A stretch of 64,000 bases of DNA from Raja brachyura. Its lineage: Eukaryota. Location of the stretch: NCBI GenBank assembly GCA_963514005.1, contig OY740795.1, positions 4,836,001-4,900,000 on the forward strand. Direction: 5' to 3'. Numbering within the stretch: the first letter of the stretch is position 1; every line of letters begins with the position of its first letter. The notes beneath the pieces were generated by a model. That model ran no database searches and was not told the DNA's origin. It saw only the letters and a list, made by a program, of their open reading frames with translations. The position numbers and the translations under genes were made by a program. Shown piece after piece: positions 50,665-64,000 of this stretch.

Positions 50665-52247
50665 CTCTGCCTTAAATATATGCACTGACTTTGCCTCCAC
50701 AGCCGTCTGTGGCAAATAATTCACAGATTCACTACTCTGTGACCAAAAGGAATTCCTCCTTATCTCCTTCATCAAAGAACGTCCTTTAATTATGAGGGTA
50801 GGACCTCTCGTCCTAGGCTCTCTCAGTAGTGGAAACATCCCCTTCTCAGCCACTCTATCCAAGCCTTTCCTTATCTGTACGTTTTAATGAGGATCCCCCT
50901 TCTTCTTCTGAACTCCAGCGAATCTAGGCCCAATGCCATCAAACGCTCATCAAATATTAACCTAATAATTCTTGGAATAATTTCTGTAAACATCCTCTGG
51001 ACCCTCTGCAGAGCCCGCACAACCTCAGATACGGTACCCCAAAATAGATCACATAATTCCAAATGTGGCCTGACCAGCGCCTTATAGAACCTCAGCATTA
51101 CACACCTGTTTTTGTATATCAGTCCTCTCGAAATAAATGCTAGCATTTGGTTTGCTTTCTTTGCTACTAATTCGATTTGCAGATTAACATTTTGGAAACC
51201 TGCACCGTCACTCCCAAGTCGATTTGCACCTACGATTTCTGGATTCTCTCTCTATTTAGAAACTAACCCACGCCTTTATTCCTACTACCAAAATGCAGGA
51301 CTCCATAATTTGCTACGTTATATTCCATCTGCCACTTCTGCCACTATCCCAAACTATCAAGTCCTTCTGCAGAGTTACTTATTTGTGTACACGACATGCC
51401 CCTCCATCTATTTTCACATTATCCGCAAAAATGGCCTAAAATCCTTGAATCCCCTCATTCAAGTAATTGAAATATAACGTGAAGAACAGCGGCACCAACA
51501 TCGAGACCTGCGGAGCCCCGCTAGTTACTGGCAGCCAATCAGAAAAATCACCATTTATTGCCACCCTTTGCCTTCTGCCACCCACCCACCCAATCAAAGT
51601 ATATGCCCTTTGATACAATGGGCTCTCATCTTCCTCAGCAGCCTCCCATGTGGCACCGTATCAAAGGCTTTCTGAAAATCCTGCTATACAACATCTACTG
51701 ACTCTCCTTTATCTATTAATAGACAATAGACAATAGACAATAGGTGCCATTCGACCCTCAATTCAATGTGATCATCCCCATTCAGTATCCCGTTGCTGCC
51801 TTTTCCCCGCATCCCCTGACTCCACTATTTTTAAGAGCCCAATCTAGCTCTCCCGTGAAAACATCCAGTGAACCTGCCTCCATCGCCCTCTGAGGCAGAG
51901 AATTCCACAGACTCACCACTCTCTGTGAGTAAAAAGTGTTTCATCGTCTCCGATCTAAATGGCTTACTCCTTATTCTTAAACCGTGGCCCCTGGTTCTGG
52001 ACTCCCCGAACATCGGGAACATGTTTCCTGCCTCTAGCGTGTCCAAACCCTTAACAATCATATGTTTCAATGAGAGATCCCCTCTCATCCGTCTAAACTC
52101 CAGAGTGTACAAGCCCAGCTGCTCCATTCTCTCAGCATATGACAGTCCCGTCATCCCGGGAATTAACCTTGTAAACCGACGCTGCACTCCCTCAATCACA
52201 AGAATGTCCTTCCTCAAATTAGGGGACCAAAACTGCACACAATACTC
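50665..52247 (-). mobile_element. Two adjacent CR1 LINE fragments
   Basis: CR1 ORF2 motifs (SGAPQVS, LVRPHLE, EYCVQFWSPNLRKDI); junction at about 51716. Confidence 0.88.
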
Positions 52248-53597
52248 ACACAGTGTTATTCCTTTATTAAATAATGCCAATTCCCGTAATTTCATGGTAA
52301 ACAGCGGAGCATACAACAATTTTGAAGATTAATTTACTGTCTACAGTTCTTGTGCCCGTCTCATAAGACGTCTGATCAATCCAATAACAGTAAAACCTAT
52401 TGGAAAATAAACAATCCAAGCAAAATGTGTAACGCAACCTTTCAAATAGTGACTTTTGTGTTTTAACTATCACGCCCCAGATCGCGATGAGGCAAGACGG
52501 CAAGGTGGCAGAATTTGCTTGTGTTCAGTTATGGGTCAACAATCACCATTCATACAGCTGGGCGGTATTTTACTAGAAACTAAAATAAGATAATCTATTA
52601 GGTACAGCATATTACACCGTTAATGTTTTTTAATGATTCATATTAAAGTAGTTGTGGACAACTCTTGCTGTCCATTTATCAACCCATCACGTAGCATTTG
52701 AATTGTTGCATCTATACTATTTTCATTTTTTTCAGAAGTAGTTATTTTATATTCTTAGTTCCTGCAGGCACAAAACTATGATTATGTAAATCTGGGGCTG
52801 CCCCACCCCGTATCAAGCAGTTTCATATCACAGCTAAAATCAACCTAACATTGTTGAACCATGCAAGTCTGAAGTGGAGCAGGAAACAACAAAATGTGCA
52901 AGATATTGATAAGAAAGGCAACATCTCCCAGTGGTTCGTTGAGATTAATAATTGTTTAATAAATACATACATTCAGCACCATTTCATGAGGCTAAGAATT
53001 GGTTCTAAAATGTTGTGGTACAAACCTGTAAGCTCGGTGAATACATTTCAACGTTGTTAACAGCAACAGTTGCACAGGTTGCGCACGAAACTTACCGGTT
53101 CTTATGTTTTATTAATAGGCGCCGAATAGAAAGAATGGAGATTTTTTAAATCAAATCTTAATGCTAATCACATCACGTATATCCCACACAACTGAAATTC
53201 TGCCGTGAGAAACGAACACTGCGGACCGCTTATTTCACTAAACATATACGTTTTGGCCTAATTGTGTTTGCACTAATGTCGTGTGTTTTTGCCGCCTCTT
53301 TCCTCTTTCAGTCTTTGAGATTTTTGAAACTTTCGTGGAACATGTATGGTTTCACATGTTTGTCTGAGACCATTTGCCCGTGATACTGCTGCGAGCAATG
53401 TTTTGATTGTACCCATACCTTACCGTACTTAACCGTATAAGAATAAACTGCACGCAACGTGAGGGTGATGCTGCTGTGCGTCACAGTACTTGTGACAATA
53501 AATGTGACTTAACTTGACTTGAAGGGAATGCTAAGCATTGCCATGAAAACATAATCAATGCATGAAAAATAATTATTGGAACTGTGCTTCACTCATT

Positions 53598-54367
53598 TTT
53601 GTAATCCTGTCATGCCACACCCCTTTTTGAAAAGCTTCGTACAGGCCTGGACAAATCATTAACATGCAGCGTGTAGAGTAGTGGCCCCAGCTCCGACCCC
53701 CTACAGAACTCCACTGGTCACTGGCAGCCAATCAGAAAAATCCCTCTTCGTTGCCACTCGGGACACATTCAGACACGAGACAGACTAGCCACGTAATTCA
53801 TTCCTTTCTTAATTCATGTTTCAACAACATAAGCTCTTCCATGCAATGAATAGCCTTTATACCAATGCAAAAAAAAAATTTGCATTGCATCGCTCAAGCC
53901 TTCACGAGATATTGGGCGATCTGAACTTGGCCTCAGCACTTTCCTGTCTGATCACCAGAGTGTTTGAGACTGATTTGATGAAGGACTAAGTGGTGCTGAG
54001 ATTGTTCTGCAGTCTGTAACAGAGACGAACGAGGCATTTAATAGAAGTGTTCGGTTACATGGTATTTTGATTGAACAGTTAAACAAAAACAGATATCATT
54101 GGCAAAAGAGTTTGATGCCAAAGGACTCAGATTTAAATAAATGGCAATAAAGCCAATTGCACTGTAAATTTCTATTTTACGTTTCCCTGCGATTGGAATG
54201 TGGTTGAAAGCATTTCAATGCTAATAGTCAATTGAGATGCACGTATAAAGTAAATGTTTGCTAAACTGTGGGAAAGGAAAATTAACATTTAATGGAATCT
54301 TTAGACATCTGCCAGAGGCACAAAAGGCAGATTGCCCATTACATATGTCTATGATAAATCGTGACCA

Positions 54368-54404
<37 letters not shown>

Positions 54405-54783
54405 TCAAATGTACCAAGGTACAGCGAAACGGTTTTGTTGCGTGCTAACCAGTCAGCAGAAAATACGATCGGGATACCAATAATTGTTCTCAAGACGATT
54501 TGTGTTTTTTTACATTGGTATAAAGGCTATTCATTGCATGGAAGAGCTTATGCTGTTTGAAACATGAATTAAGAAATGAATGAATTACGTGGCTAGTCTG
54601 TTTCGTATCTGAATGTGTCCCGATTTGCAATGAAGAGGGCTTTTTATGATTGGCTGTCACTGACCAGCGGAGTTCCGTAGGGGTCGGGGCTGGGGCCACT
54701 ACTCTACACGCTGCATGTTAATGATTTGGACCAGGCCCGTACGAAGCTTATCAAAAAGGGGTGTGGCATGACAGGATTGCAAA
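53598..54783. repeat. Inverted duplication: arms of about 280 bp (53598-53878 and 54505-54783) around a spacer of about 625 bp
   Basis: Arms are imperfect reverse complements along their whole length (e.g. ATCCTGTCATGCCACACCCCTTTTTGA / TCAAAAAGGGGTGTGGCATGACAGGAT). Confidence 0.9.
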
Positions 54784-55609
54784 CATTTTAATGTGAAATA
54801 ATGTGCGCTCTGCGCACACCACGAGCGCGAAGCGTGGAGTCCCTCGATGCCGGCGTCCAGGGCCTGCTTAAGGGGATGGGTGAATGGAACGAGCTGCCAG
54901 AGGAGGTAGTTAAGGCTGGGAGAATCCGAATGTTTAAGAGACATTTGGACACGTACATGGATAGGACAGCTTTAGATGGATATGGGCCAAATGCGTGTGA
55001 GTGGCACATGTTGGTCGGCGTGGGCAAGTTGGGCCGAAGGTCCTGTTTCCACACTGCATCACTCCATGACTAAAACGTCAAGAAGGAAAATGCATGTAGA
55101 TAAGTAGAGTAGGTTTGAAAGAGGAGTGAAATGTAAAGGCAGGGAGAGGTTTATGGGTGGAAAAGAACATAGGGAAGGAGGGAGGAGGAGGGGGGGGGGG
55201 TTGGGCAGATGTGTGAAGGGAAAAAACACACAAAGTGCTGGAGTAACTCAGTGGGTCAGGCAGCACCAGTGGCGTACGTGGATAGGTGACGTTTCACAGA
55301 GTGCTGGAGTATTTCAATGAGTCAGGCAGCATCTCCACAGATTATGGATAGGGGACGTTTCACAGAGTGCTGGAGTAACTCAGCGGGTCAGGCAGCATCT
55401 CTGGAGAAAAGGTATAGATTATATTTCGAGACAAGATCATTCTTCAGTAATATTCATGATGTGACATGTTTAGACATTCCTGAATGTTACCCAAAACATC
55501 GTGAGCTACGTTGTGACGGGGCTTGCCCTCTCCTATAACGTCTCTACTGCCTTGGGTAATGCAGGACAGGACACGAGATTTGGGACATGGCGTGGTCTGT
55601 CCCAGCTTG

Positions 55610-57290
55610 GTAAAAGCCTGGATGGAGTGATGTGGAGAGGATGTTTCCACTAGTGGGAGAGTCTAGGACCAGTGACCACAGCCTCAGAATTTAAAGCCGT
55701 CCCTTTAGGGAGGAGCAGGAATTTCTTAAGTCAGAGGGTGGTGAACTGTGGAATTCATTGCCACAGCCAGCAGTGGAGGCCAAGTCAATGGACATTTTCA
55801 GGAGGAGATTGATAGATTCTTGATTGATACGAGTGTCAGAGGTGAGGGGGAGAATGGGCTTGAGAGAGAATAATAGTCACAGAGCGATACAGTGTGGAAA
55901 CAGGCCCTTCGGCGCATCATGTCCCATCTACACTAGTCCCACCTCTCCACGTTTGATTCATATCCCTCTAAACCTCTCCTACCCATGTGCCTGTCTAACT
56001 GTTTCTTAAACGTTGCGATTGTCCCTGTTTCAACCACCTCCTCTGGCAGCTTGTTCCATACATCTTCCACCCTTTGTGTGAAAAATATACCCCACAGAGT
56101 ATTATTAAATCTTTTCCCCTTCACCTTAAACTTATGTCCTCCGCTCGTCGAATCACCTACTCTGGGCAACATACTCAACCTGATCTATTCAAATCATGAT
56201 CTTATACACCTCTATTAGATAATCCCTCATCCTCCTGTGCTCCATGAAGTAGAGTCCCAGCCTACTCAACCTCTCCCTATAGCTCTGGCACTCTAGTCCT
56301 AGCAACATCCTCGTAAGACTTCACTGTACCCTTTCCAGTTTGATGACATTTTTCCTATAACATGGTGCGGCCTCACAGATGCGGCCTCACCAACTTCTTA
56401 TGTAACTGCAACATAACCTCCCACATACTCAGCCTAACCCTCTGAGTCACTCCAGCACTCTGAAATGTCACAGAACTGGGCAAGATTAGAAAGTTTGCTA
56501 TTTATACAAAAGTGAGTTGTTTTGCAGAGAGTGAAGATGATCTGCAGCAGGATTGCAATAGGATCTGGATTAATTGGCCACGTGGGCAGAGGAATGGTTG
56601 TTGGTTGCATGGTTCCTTGAATGTCGAGTCGCAGGAACATCAGGTGGTCAAAATGTATTTTGGCACTTTGGCCTCCACTTTGGCAGTCAGTGTATTGAGT
56701 TTAGAAGTAGGGAGGTCATGTTGCAGTTAGAAAGACATTGGTGAGACAGTATTTAGAATATTGTGTTCAGTTCTGGGCAACATGTTATAGGAACGATGTC
56801 AAACTGAAAAGAGTACCGTGAAGATTTATGAGGATGCTGAGAGGACTTGAGGGTGTGAGCTATAGGGAGAGGTTGAGTGGATTGGGACTCTATTCCATGG
56901 AGCGCAGGAGGATGAGGAGAAATGTTATAGAGGTGTACACAATCATCAGAGGAACAGATCGGGTAGATGCACAGAGTCTTTTGCCCAGAGTAGGGGAATC
57001 GAGGACCAGCGAACATAGGTTCCAGGTGAAGGGGAACAGATTTAATTGGAATCCGAGGGGAACGTTTTCACACAAAGGGTGGTGGGCGTATGGAACGAGC
57101 TGCCAGATGAGGTATTTGAGGTTGGGACTATCCCATCGTTTAAGAAACAGTTAGGCAGGTACATGGATAGGATATGTTTAGAGGATTATGGATCAAACGC
57201 AGGCAAGTGCAAATAGTATAGTTGCGACTTTTTAGCCGGTGTGGGCAAGTTGGGACGAAGGGCGTTCCACACTATGTTACTCTATGACTC
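55610..57290. mobile_element. Cluster of CR1 3' fragments in both orientations
   Basis: FFTQRVEDVWNKLP (-); LGLYSMERRRMR (+). Confidence 0.8.
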
Positions 57291-57324
57291 TATTCATGTT
57301 CTCCAGAGATGCTACCTGACCCGT

Positions 57325-58370
57325 CGTGGCAGATTGTGCTTTCTCAGCTGCCGTAGGAAGTATAACCTCTGTTGTGCCTTTTTGACTGTGGAGTCGATGG
57401 TAGCCCCCCCACGTAAGGTCACAGGAGATGATGGTCCCCAGGAACTTAAAAGATTCCACAGATGTGACTGTCGTGTTGTTGATAGGGAGTGGGGTGATGG
57501 GAGGGGAAGCTCTCCTCAAGTCTACAATCAATTCCACTGTCTTAAGAGCATTGAGCTCCATGTTGTTGCGATGGCGTCAGGACGCCAGCTGTGTCACTTC
57601 CTGCCTGCAGGCAGATTCCTCCCGATCCTGGATTAGTCCAATCAGGGTTGTGTCGTCCGCAAACTTGAGAAGCTTGACAGAGGTGGCTGTGGAGGTATAG
57701 TCTGTATGGCATGAACTGTACATGTTTCCTGGGACTGGTTAAAAATGTCTGTGTCGACCGGTGCCAGTTGATTGGCACAGAGCTTGAGAGGAGAGGGTGA
57801 AACATTGTCAAGTACTGGAGATTTCCGGCTTTTCTGTCTTCTGAAAAGCCTCTCCATCTCCTCCATTTTTATTGTTGATGAAGTGATGTTTGTTCAGCAA
57901 GGACGGTGTGGGTAATTGGGAGTGGAGTGGTAATTGGAGAGGGGTGGGTGTAGAAGGGCCAGTCTTTGCAGTTGAGGTCAGGCTGTGAGTGGGTGTGTAG
58001 TGTTGGTTGGGGTGGGGTAAGGGTATAGTCTTTTCATACTGGAGTCTTGCCTTAAGTAGGGTTGAAGTGGTGAATGGGGAGGAGTAGGTGCAGGGTCCAT
58101 TCTTTGCAGACAGGGGTCTCGCTGTGTTTTTTGGGGAGGGGGTACCAAGGTGACGTTTCTGATTTTCAAACCTCCAGTAAAACTCATTCAGGTCGTTATT
58201 CAGCTGACGATTGTCCAAAGAGCGGGGGGCTTTCCTCTCATAGCAATTTATTTAATGCTCTTCCAAACTGAAGAAGCGTCAGTAGCGGATTACTTGCTCC
58301 TCAACGTGTCAGAGTACCTTTCTTTGGCAGCTCTGATTCATCTTCTCAGCTCGTTGTCGATTTGGCTATC
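57325..58370 (-). mobile_element. Rex1/Babar-clade LINE fragments
   Basis: LELNALKTVELIVDLRR...FKFLGTII; CANQLAPVDTDIFNQS. Confidence 0.8.
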
Positions 58371-59659
58371 TTTTAACCCTTTAACGATTATGCTATCGGC
58401 TTGACCACCCCCCCCCCCCCCCACCCCTTGATCTCGAAATGGAAACGTTGCATCTGTATATAATGATCCTATTGAAATGTGTATTTCATAAATTGCCAGT
58501 ATTTGTACTAAGTTTATTAAAATTGTTTAATTACTTTAGTTATAAGATGGAAGGAGTAGTCCTGCAAATATGTCGTAATTTGAACATGGGAATTAAAATT
58601 ATTATTGACTTAATTCACACCTCCGTAATTTAGCTATTAGGGGGGGATACCGTACAGTGCTGATTTTGGTACGAACGTTTGTACAATTCAATTACACAAA
58701 TGGTCAGAAAATCTAATGTAATTCTATTCATATCTCTTATGATCTTATGAGCATGTGACTCTGGAACGTTTTCCATCTACAAACTGCCTGGCCACATACA
58801 ATTTTATTTTTTGACATTTTTAATTCTAATTATCTTTTCTGAAATTATGATGATTTTCGTCGTGCATTGTCCAAGACACAACTTTATAACTCGATTATAT
58901 GCTCAACTGAAGTATTGTGCTTAAACCACAAAGGTGGATTTTCTTCTTCTTCTTTTAAGTAATGTATTGAAAGTACAGGATATACCACGCACCCGCCATT
59001 CTAATCTGAGTCATTCAGATGAAACGTCCCGAACCCATACGTCGCCAATCGATTCGCACCCCCAGATGCTGCCTGATCCGATGTTGCTCAAGTTTGTAGC
59101 ATCTGTAGTTCATGGTAATATTATTCGGGTAATCGTATCAATGTTCTCATTCTGTGAGTTGTATGCGGGGAGCTCACACACTTACATTTGAGCACTTTAT
59201 AACGCAGACGGCATAAAACGGCGCCCGCGGTCCACCCTATCTATGCTGATCATGAATCACGAAGTACTAATCTATCAAACCAGACTGACCTGCCGTTAGA
59301 CCGTCATCTTCAATATCTTAGTGATTCGATTGCTCCAGTAGATACTTCCAAAATATGGTGGCAGTCTCTGCATCCACTGTTCTCTCAAGCAGTGCATTCC
59401 AAATTCCAGCTGTCCTCCGCGTAAAGACTTCCCCTGAAACTATAATTTCTTATCATCAACCAATTCTACGTAGATATGGGGCAATATTCAATAATCTGTA
59501 AGCTATCTGCACGCCATATAACTGTATAAATCCTCATCAGTTCGTCCTTCAGTCATATAGCTAAGCCTTTGGAGCAGTGCATTCCAAATTTCAGCTATCC
59601 TCCGCGCAAAGACTCTGTCTAGTCTCTCTAAACCAACGACTGCGCCTCCACAGAAACCT

Positions 59660-60599
59660 CTGTCAAGCTTCTCAAGTTTGCGGACGACACAACCCTGATT
59701 GGAATGATCCAGGATGGGGAGGAATCTGCCTACAAACAAGTGTCACAGCTGGCGGGTTACACAAAAAGCTGGAGAAACTCAGCGGGTGCAGCAGCATCTA
59801 AGGAGTGAAGGAGATAGGCGACGTTTCGGTCACAGCTGGCGTCCTGGTGCCATCGCAACCTGGAGCTCAATACTCTGAAGACAGTGGAATTGATTGTAGA
59901 CTTTCGGAGAGCCCCCACTCCCATCACCCAACTCACCATCAACAACACCACAGTCACATCTGTGGACTATTTTAAGTTCCTGGGAACCATCATCTTTAAG
60001 GACCTTAAGTGTGAGGCTAACATCGACTCCACAGTCAAAAAGGCACAACAGTGGATGTACTTGCTACGGCAGCTGAGGAAGCACAATCTGCCACAGGCAA
60101 TGATGGTCCAATTCTACATGGCCATCGTAGAGTCTGTTCTCACCTTCTCCATCATGGCCTGGTTAGGCTCAGCCATCAAGCACGACACCTGAAGACTGCA
60201 GCGAATCGGCCAATCAGCTGCAACCTTCCCTCCATTGATGAACTGTATACTGCAAGGGCCAGGAAGCGAGCGGGAAAGATCATCTCTGACCCCTCTCACC
60301 CTGGCCACAAACTATTTGAATCAATTCTCTCTGGAGGGCGACTCCGGACTGTGAAAGTTGCCAAAGCCAGACATAAAAACAGTTTTTATGGACGAGTAGT
60401 TCCTCTACTCACCAGCCAAAAATCTGTAGCCTCCCTTTGATCTGGTATGTTATTGCTTCACATGCTTGATCAATGGTGTTTTATCATTAATGTTATATTA
60501 TTATTAATGTTTACTGTTTTCTGAGTCATTCGTGACTGTGAATGTATGTAATGTTGTTACATGTGGGCGGAGCACCAAGGCAAATTCCTTGTATGTGAA
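59660..60599 (+). mobile_element. Rex1/Babar-clade LINE 3' part, with a SINE fragment insertion at 59755-59828
   Basis: KFADDTTLIG, ELIVDFRR...KKAQQWMYLLRQLRK; insert flanked by the 13-bp duplication GTCACAGCTGGCG. Confidence 0.85.
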
Positions 60600-61654
60600 N
60601 NNNNNNNNNNNNNNNNNNNNNNNNNNNNNNNNNNNNNNNNNNNNNNNNNNNNNNNNNNNNNNNNNNNNNNNNNNNNNNNNNNNNNNNNNNNNNNNNNNNN
60701 NNNNNNNNNNNNNNNNNNNNNNNNNNNNNNNNNNNNNNNNNNNNNNNNNNNNNNNNNNGAATTGCCGTGGATCTCATGGCGTCTAGACGCTAATCTGCTG
60801 ATTTATTGCCGTAGAGGAACATTAGTGATCTATTTCCGTGGAGGGACCTGTTCACACTGGCAACATATTGCTGGGGCTTGATTGAGCACCTTATCACACA
60901 GATCTCGGGCAATTCACGACTCACTCTGCACGGAGCCAAAACATCCGTAAAAAGAGACGTGCAGTCCAGGAGTTGCGCAATCAGCCACAATACCCCACAG
61001 ACTGTCTGTCGCTAACTTCTTCGGCGCGGTTCCTCCTCCCAATTGAGTCAGAGGGGACCTGGTTCCAATTCCCATTACAAAGATTTATGAACATAATCCT
61101 ATTCGAGAACTCCAGCACTATAGTTACTGCATGGCCAGGAATGGTGTATTTAGGGGAATGTTATGAAGAAAAAAAATCCTTAAAATAGGTGCAATATTCC
61201 GCCCTCCCAGTTCGGTATTTTTAACCATCCACAAATGAATAGTTTATTTTTTATTAATCTTGTTGAAACTTATATGTAAATGTTTACAAAATATTTCCAA
61301 CCTTCCTTGCTCTGGGCAGAGAGAAATCTTAAAACATGCCACAATGCGTACGTTGCCAATAAATGTTTTCCACACTCCTCCTAAACATTCGCATTCTCAT
61401 CATTCATATATGATAAGAAACCAATCATATATTATTACAACAGGTAGTGTAAACGGAAGAGGAAACATAATTCAGAATATAGAGCTGCAGCTGCAGGGAA
61501 AGCGTAGACAAGAGAAATGCAAGGTTTACCGCGAGGTCGATTGGGAGATGGGGAATGTACCTTATTTGTAGGGATAGACACAACGTGCTGGAGTACTCAA
61601 CGGGCCGGGAAGCATCCCTAGAGAAAAAGGATGGGTCAAGTTTCGGGTCATTGA

Positions 61655-64000
61655 AACATAGAAACAAAGAAAACAGGTGTATGAATAGGCAATTCAGCCC
61701 TTCGAACCAGCACCGACATTCACTATGATCATGACTAATCATCCTAAATCAGTACCCCGTTCATGCTTTCTCCCCATGCCTCTTGATGTTGTTAGCCCTA
61801 GGAGCTATATCTAACTCCAGTGAATTGGCATCCACTGTCTTCTCTGGCAGAGAATTCCACAGATTCTTAATTCTCTGGATGAAAAGGTTTTTTCTCATCT
61901 CAGTATTAAATGACCTACCCTTACTCTTAAACTGTGATCCCTGGTTCTGGACTCCCCCAACATCGGGAACATTGTTTCCTGCATCTTGACTGTCCAATCC
62001 CTTAAGAATGTATGTTTCTATAAGACTCCCTCTCATCCTTCCAAATTCCAATAAACATAAGCCCAGTCGATCCATTCTTTCATCATATGTCAGTCGCGCC
62101 ATCCCAGGAATTAACCTGGTGAATCTACGCTGCATTCCCTTAAAAACAAGAATGTCCTTCCTCAAATTAGGAGACCAAAACTGCACACAATACTCCAGGT
62201 GTGGTTTCACAACGCCCCTGTACAACTGCAGTCGGACGTCCTTGCTCCTAAACTCAAATCCTCCAACTATGAATGCCAACATGCCCTTTGCTTTCTCCAC
62301 TGCCTGCTGCACCTGCATGCTTACTTTCAATGATAGATGTACAAGCACACCCATGTCTCGTTGCTCCTCCCATTTTCCTAATCTGACACCATTTAGATAA
62401 TAATCTGCTTTCTTGTTCTTGCCACCAAAGTGGATAACCTCATATTTACCCACAGTGTACTGCATATGCCATACACCTGCCCACTCACACAACCTACCAT
62501 TCACCTTGCAGCTTCATTGCATCCTCGTCGCAGCTAACGCTGCCACCCAGCTTTGTGTCATCCGCAGACGTGGAGATGTTATATTTACTTCCTTCATCTA
62601 AATCGTTAATATATATTGTAAATAACTGGGGTCCCAGCACTGAGTCTTGCGGCACCCCATTAGTCACTGCCTGCCATTCTGAAAAGGACCCGTTAATTCC
62701 TCCTCAGTGCTTCCTGTCTGCCATCCAGTCTATGACCTGACCACCAATACCATGTTCTCTAATGTTATTTACTAACCTCTTGGGTGGGACCTTGTCAAAG
62801 GCTTTTTGAAAGTCCAGATACATCACACTTACTGGCTCTCCCTATCTATTCGACTTGTTATATCCTAAAAATACCAGAAGATTAATCAAGCATGATTTAC
62901 CCTTCATAAATCCATGCTTACTTTGACTATTCCTGTCACAGCTTTCCAAACACGCTGCTATCACATATTTAACAATTGACTCAAGCATCTTCTCCACCAC
63001 CGACGTCAGGCTAACTGGTCTATAATTCACTGTTCCTCTCTCCCTCCTTTCTTAAAAAGTGGGGTTACATTAGGTACCCTCCAATCCCCAGGAATTGATC
63101 CTGAATCTATAGAAAATTGGAAAATAATCACCAATGCATCCACAATTTCCAGCGCCACCTCCTTGAGCAATCCGCGATGCAGACCATCAGGCCCTGGGGA
63201 TTTATCTGCCTTAAGTCCCAAAAATTAACCTAAACATTTTCTGACCAATGTGGATTTCCTTCAGTTCCCCCCTCCCACTAGATCCGCGGTCCCCTACTAT
63301 TTCTGGGAGATTGTTTGTGTCTTACTTAGAGAAGACAGAAACAAAGTTTAACTTGTCTGCCATTTCATTGTTTGCAGTTATGAATTCCCCTGTTTCTGAC
63401 TCTAAGTAACCTACATTTGTCTTCTCTAATTGTTTCCTCCTCGCTCATCTATAAGGGCTTTTACAATCAGTTGTTATATTCCTTCAAGCTTTCTTTCATG
63501 CTCTATTTAATAATTAACCCCATTTGTCCTCTTAATTTACCCCCTTGCCTTCTTCTGTTGAATTCTATATTTCTCCCGGCCCTCCGGTTTGCTGCTTCTT
63601 CTTGCCCATTTATGTGCATTTTCCTTGGATTTAACTCTGTGCCTAATTTCCCTCGTTAGCTACAGATGAGCCGCCTTCCCTGTTGTATTTTATACGCCAG
63701 ACAGGGATGAACAATTGTTGTAATTCATCCATGCAATCTTTAAGTCTTTGCCATTGCATATATACGGTCAACCCTTTAAGTACCATATGCCAGACTATCC
63801 TAGCCAATTCACATCTCATGCCGTCAAAGTTATCTTTCTTTAAGTTATGTCTCTGAATTATCCTTCTCACTTCATCTAAATACAGAATTCTCCCATGTAA
63901 TGGTCACTATTGCCGTTGGGGCTTTGCACAACAAGATTGCGATCTAATCCCTCCTCGTTACCCAAATACCCAGTCTAAGATGGCCTACTCTCTAGTTGGT
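61655..64000 (-). mobile_element. Long decayed CR1 LINE
   Basis: KSPGPDGLH, NYRPVSLTSVV, HLEYCVQFWSP motifs across frameshifted ORFs. Confidence 0.93.

Overview
Eukaryotic, repeat-rich genomic DNA from a cartilaginous fish (elasmobranch; skate/ray plausible but not provable from sequence), with three assembly gaps. The main content is one complete, apparently intact, unrearranged IgNAR (heavy-chain-only new antigen receptor) cluster on the minus strand, about 37.1 kb to 10.35 kb. Its order is octamer/TATA promoter, leader, VNAR(22-RSS), (12)D1(22), (12)D2(12), (23)J, an 8.9-kb intron, C1-C5 with secretory tailpiece and poly(A) signal, then TM1 and TM2. All splice phases are compatible and the exons contain no stops. 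Notable points: only two recognisable D segments (IgNAR is classically V-D-D-D-J) plus a possible decayed third; a type II-like VNAR whose CDR3 Cys can come only from D1; a divergent TM/cytoplasmic tail; a tandem pair of extended CTCF-like sites beyond the 3' end; and a 1.3-kb G/C-skewed tract with a Helitron-type 3' terminus plus a solo LTR in the J-C intron. The rest is decayed CR1, L2, Rex1, RTE, Penelope, Tc1, hAT and SINE sequence.
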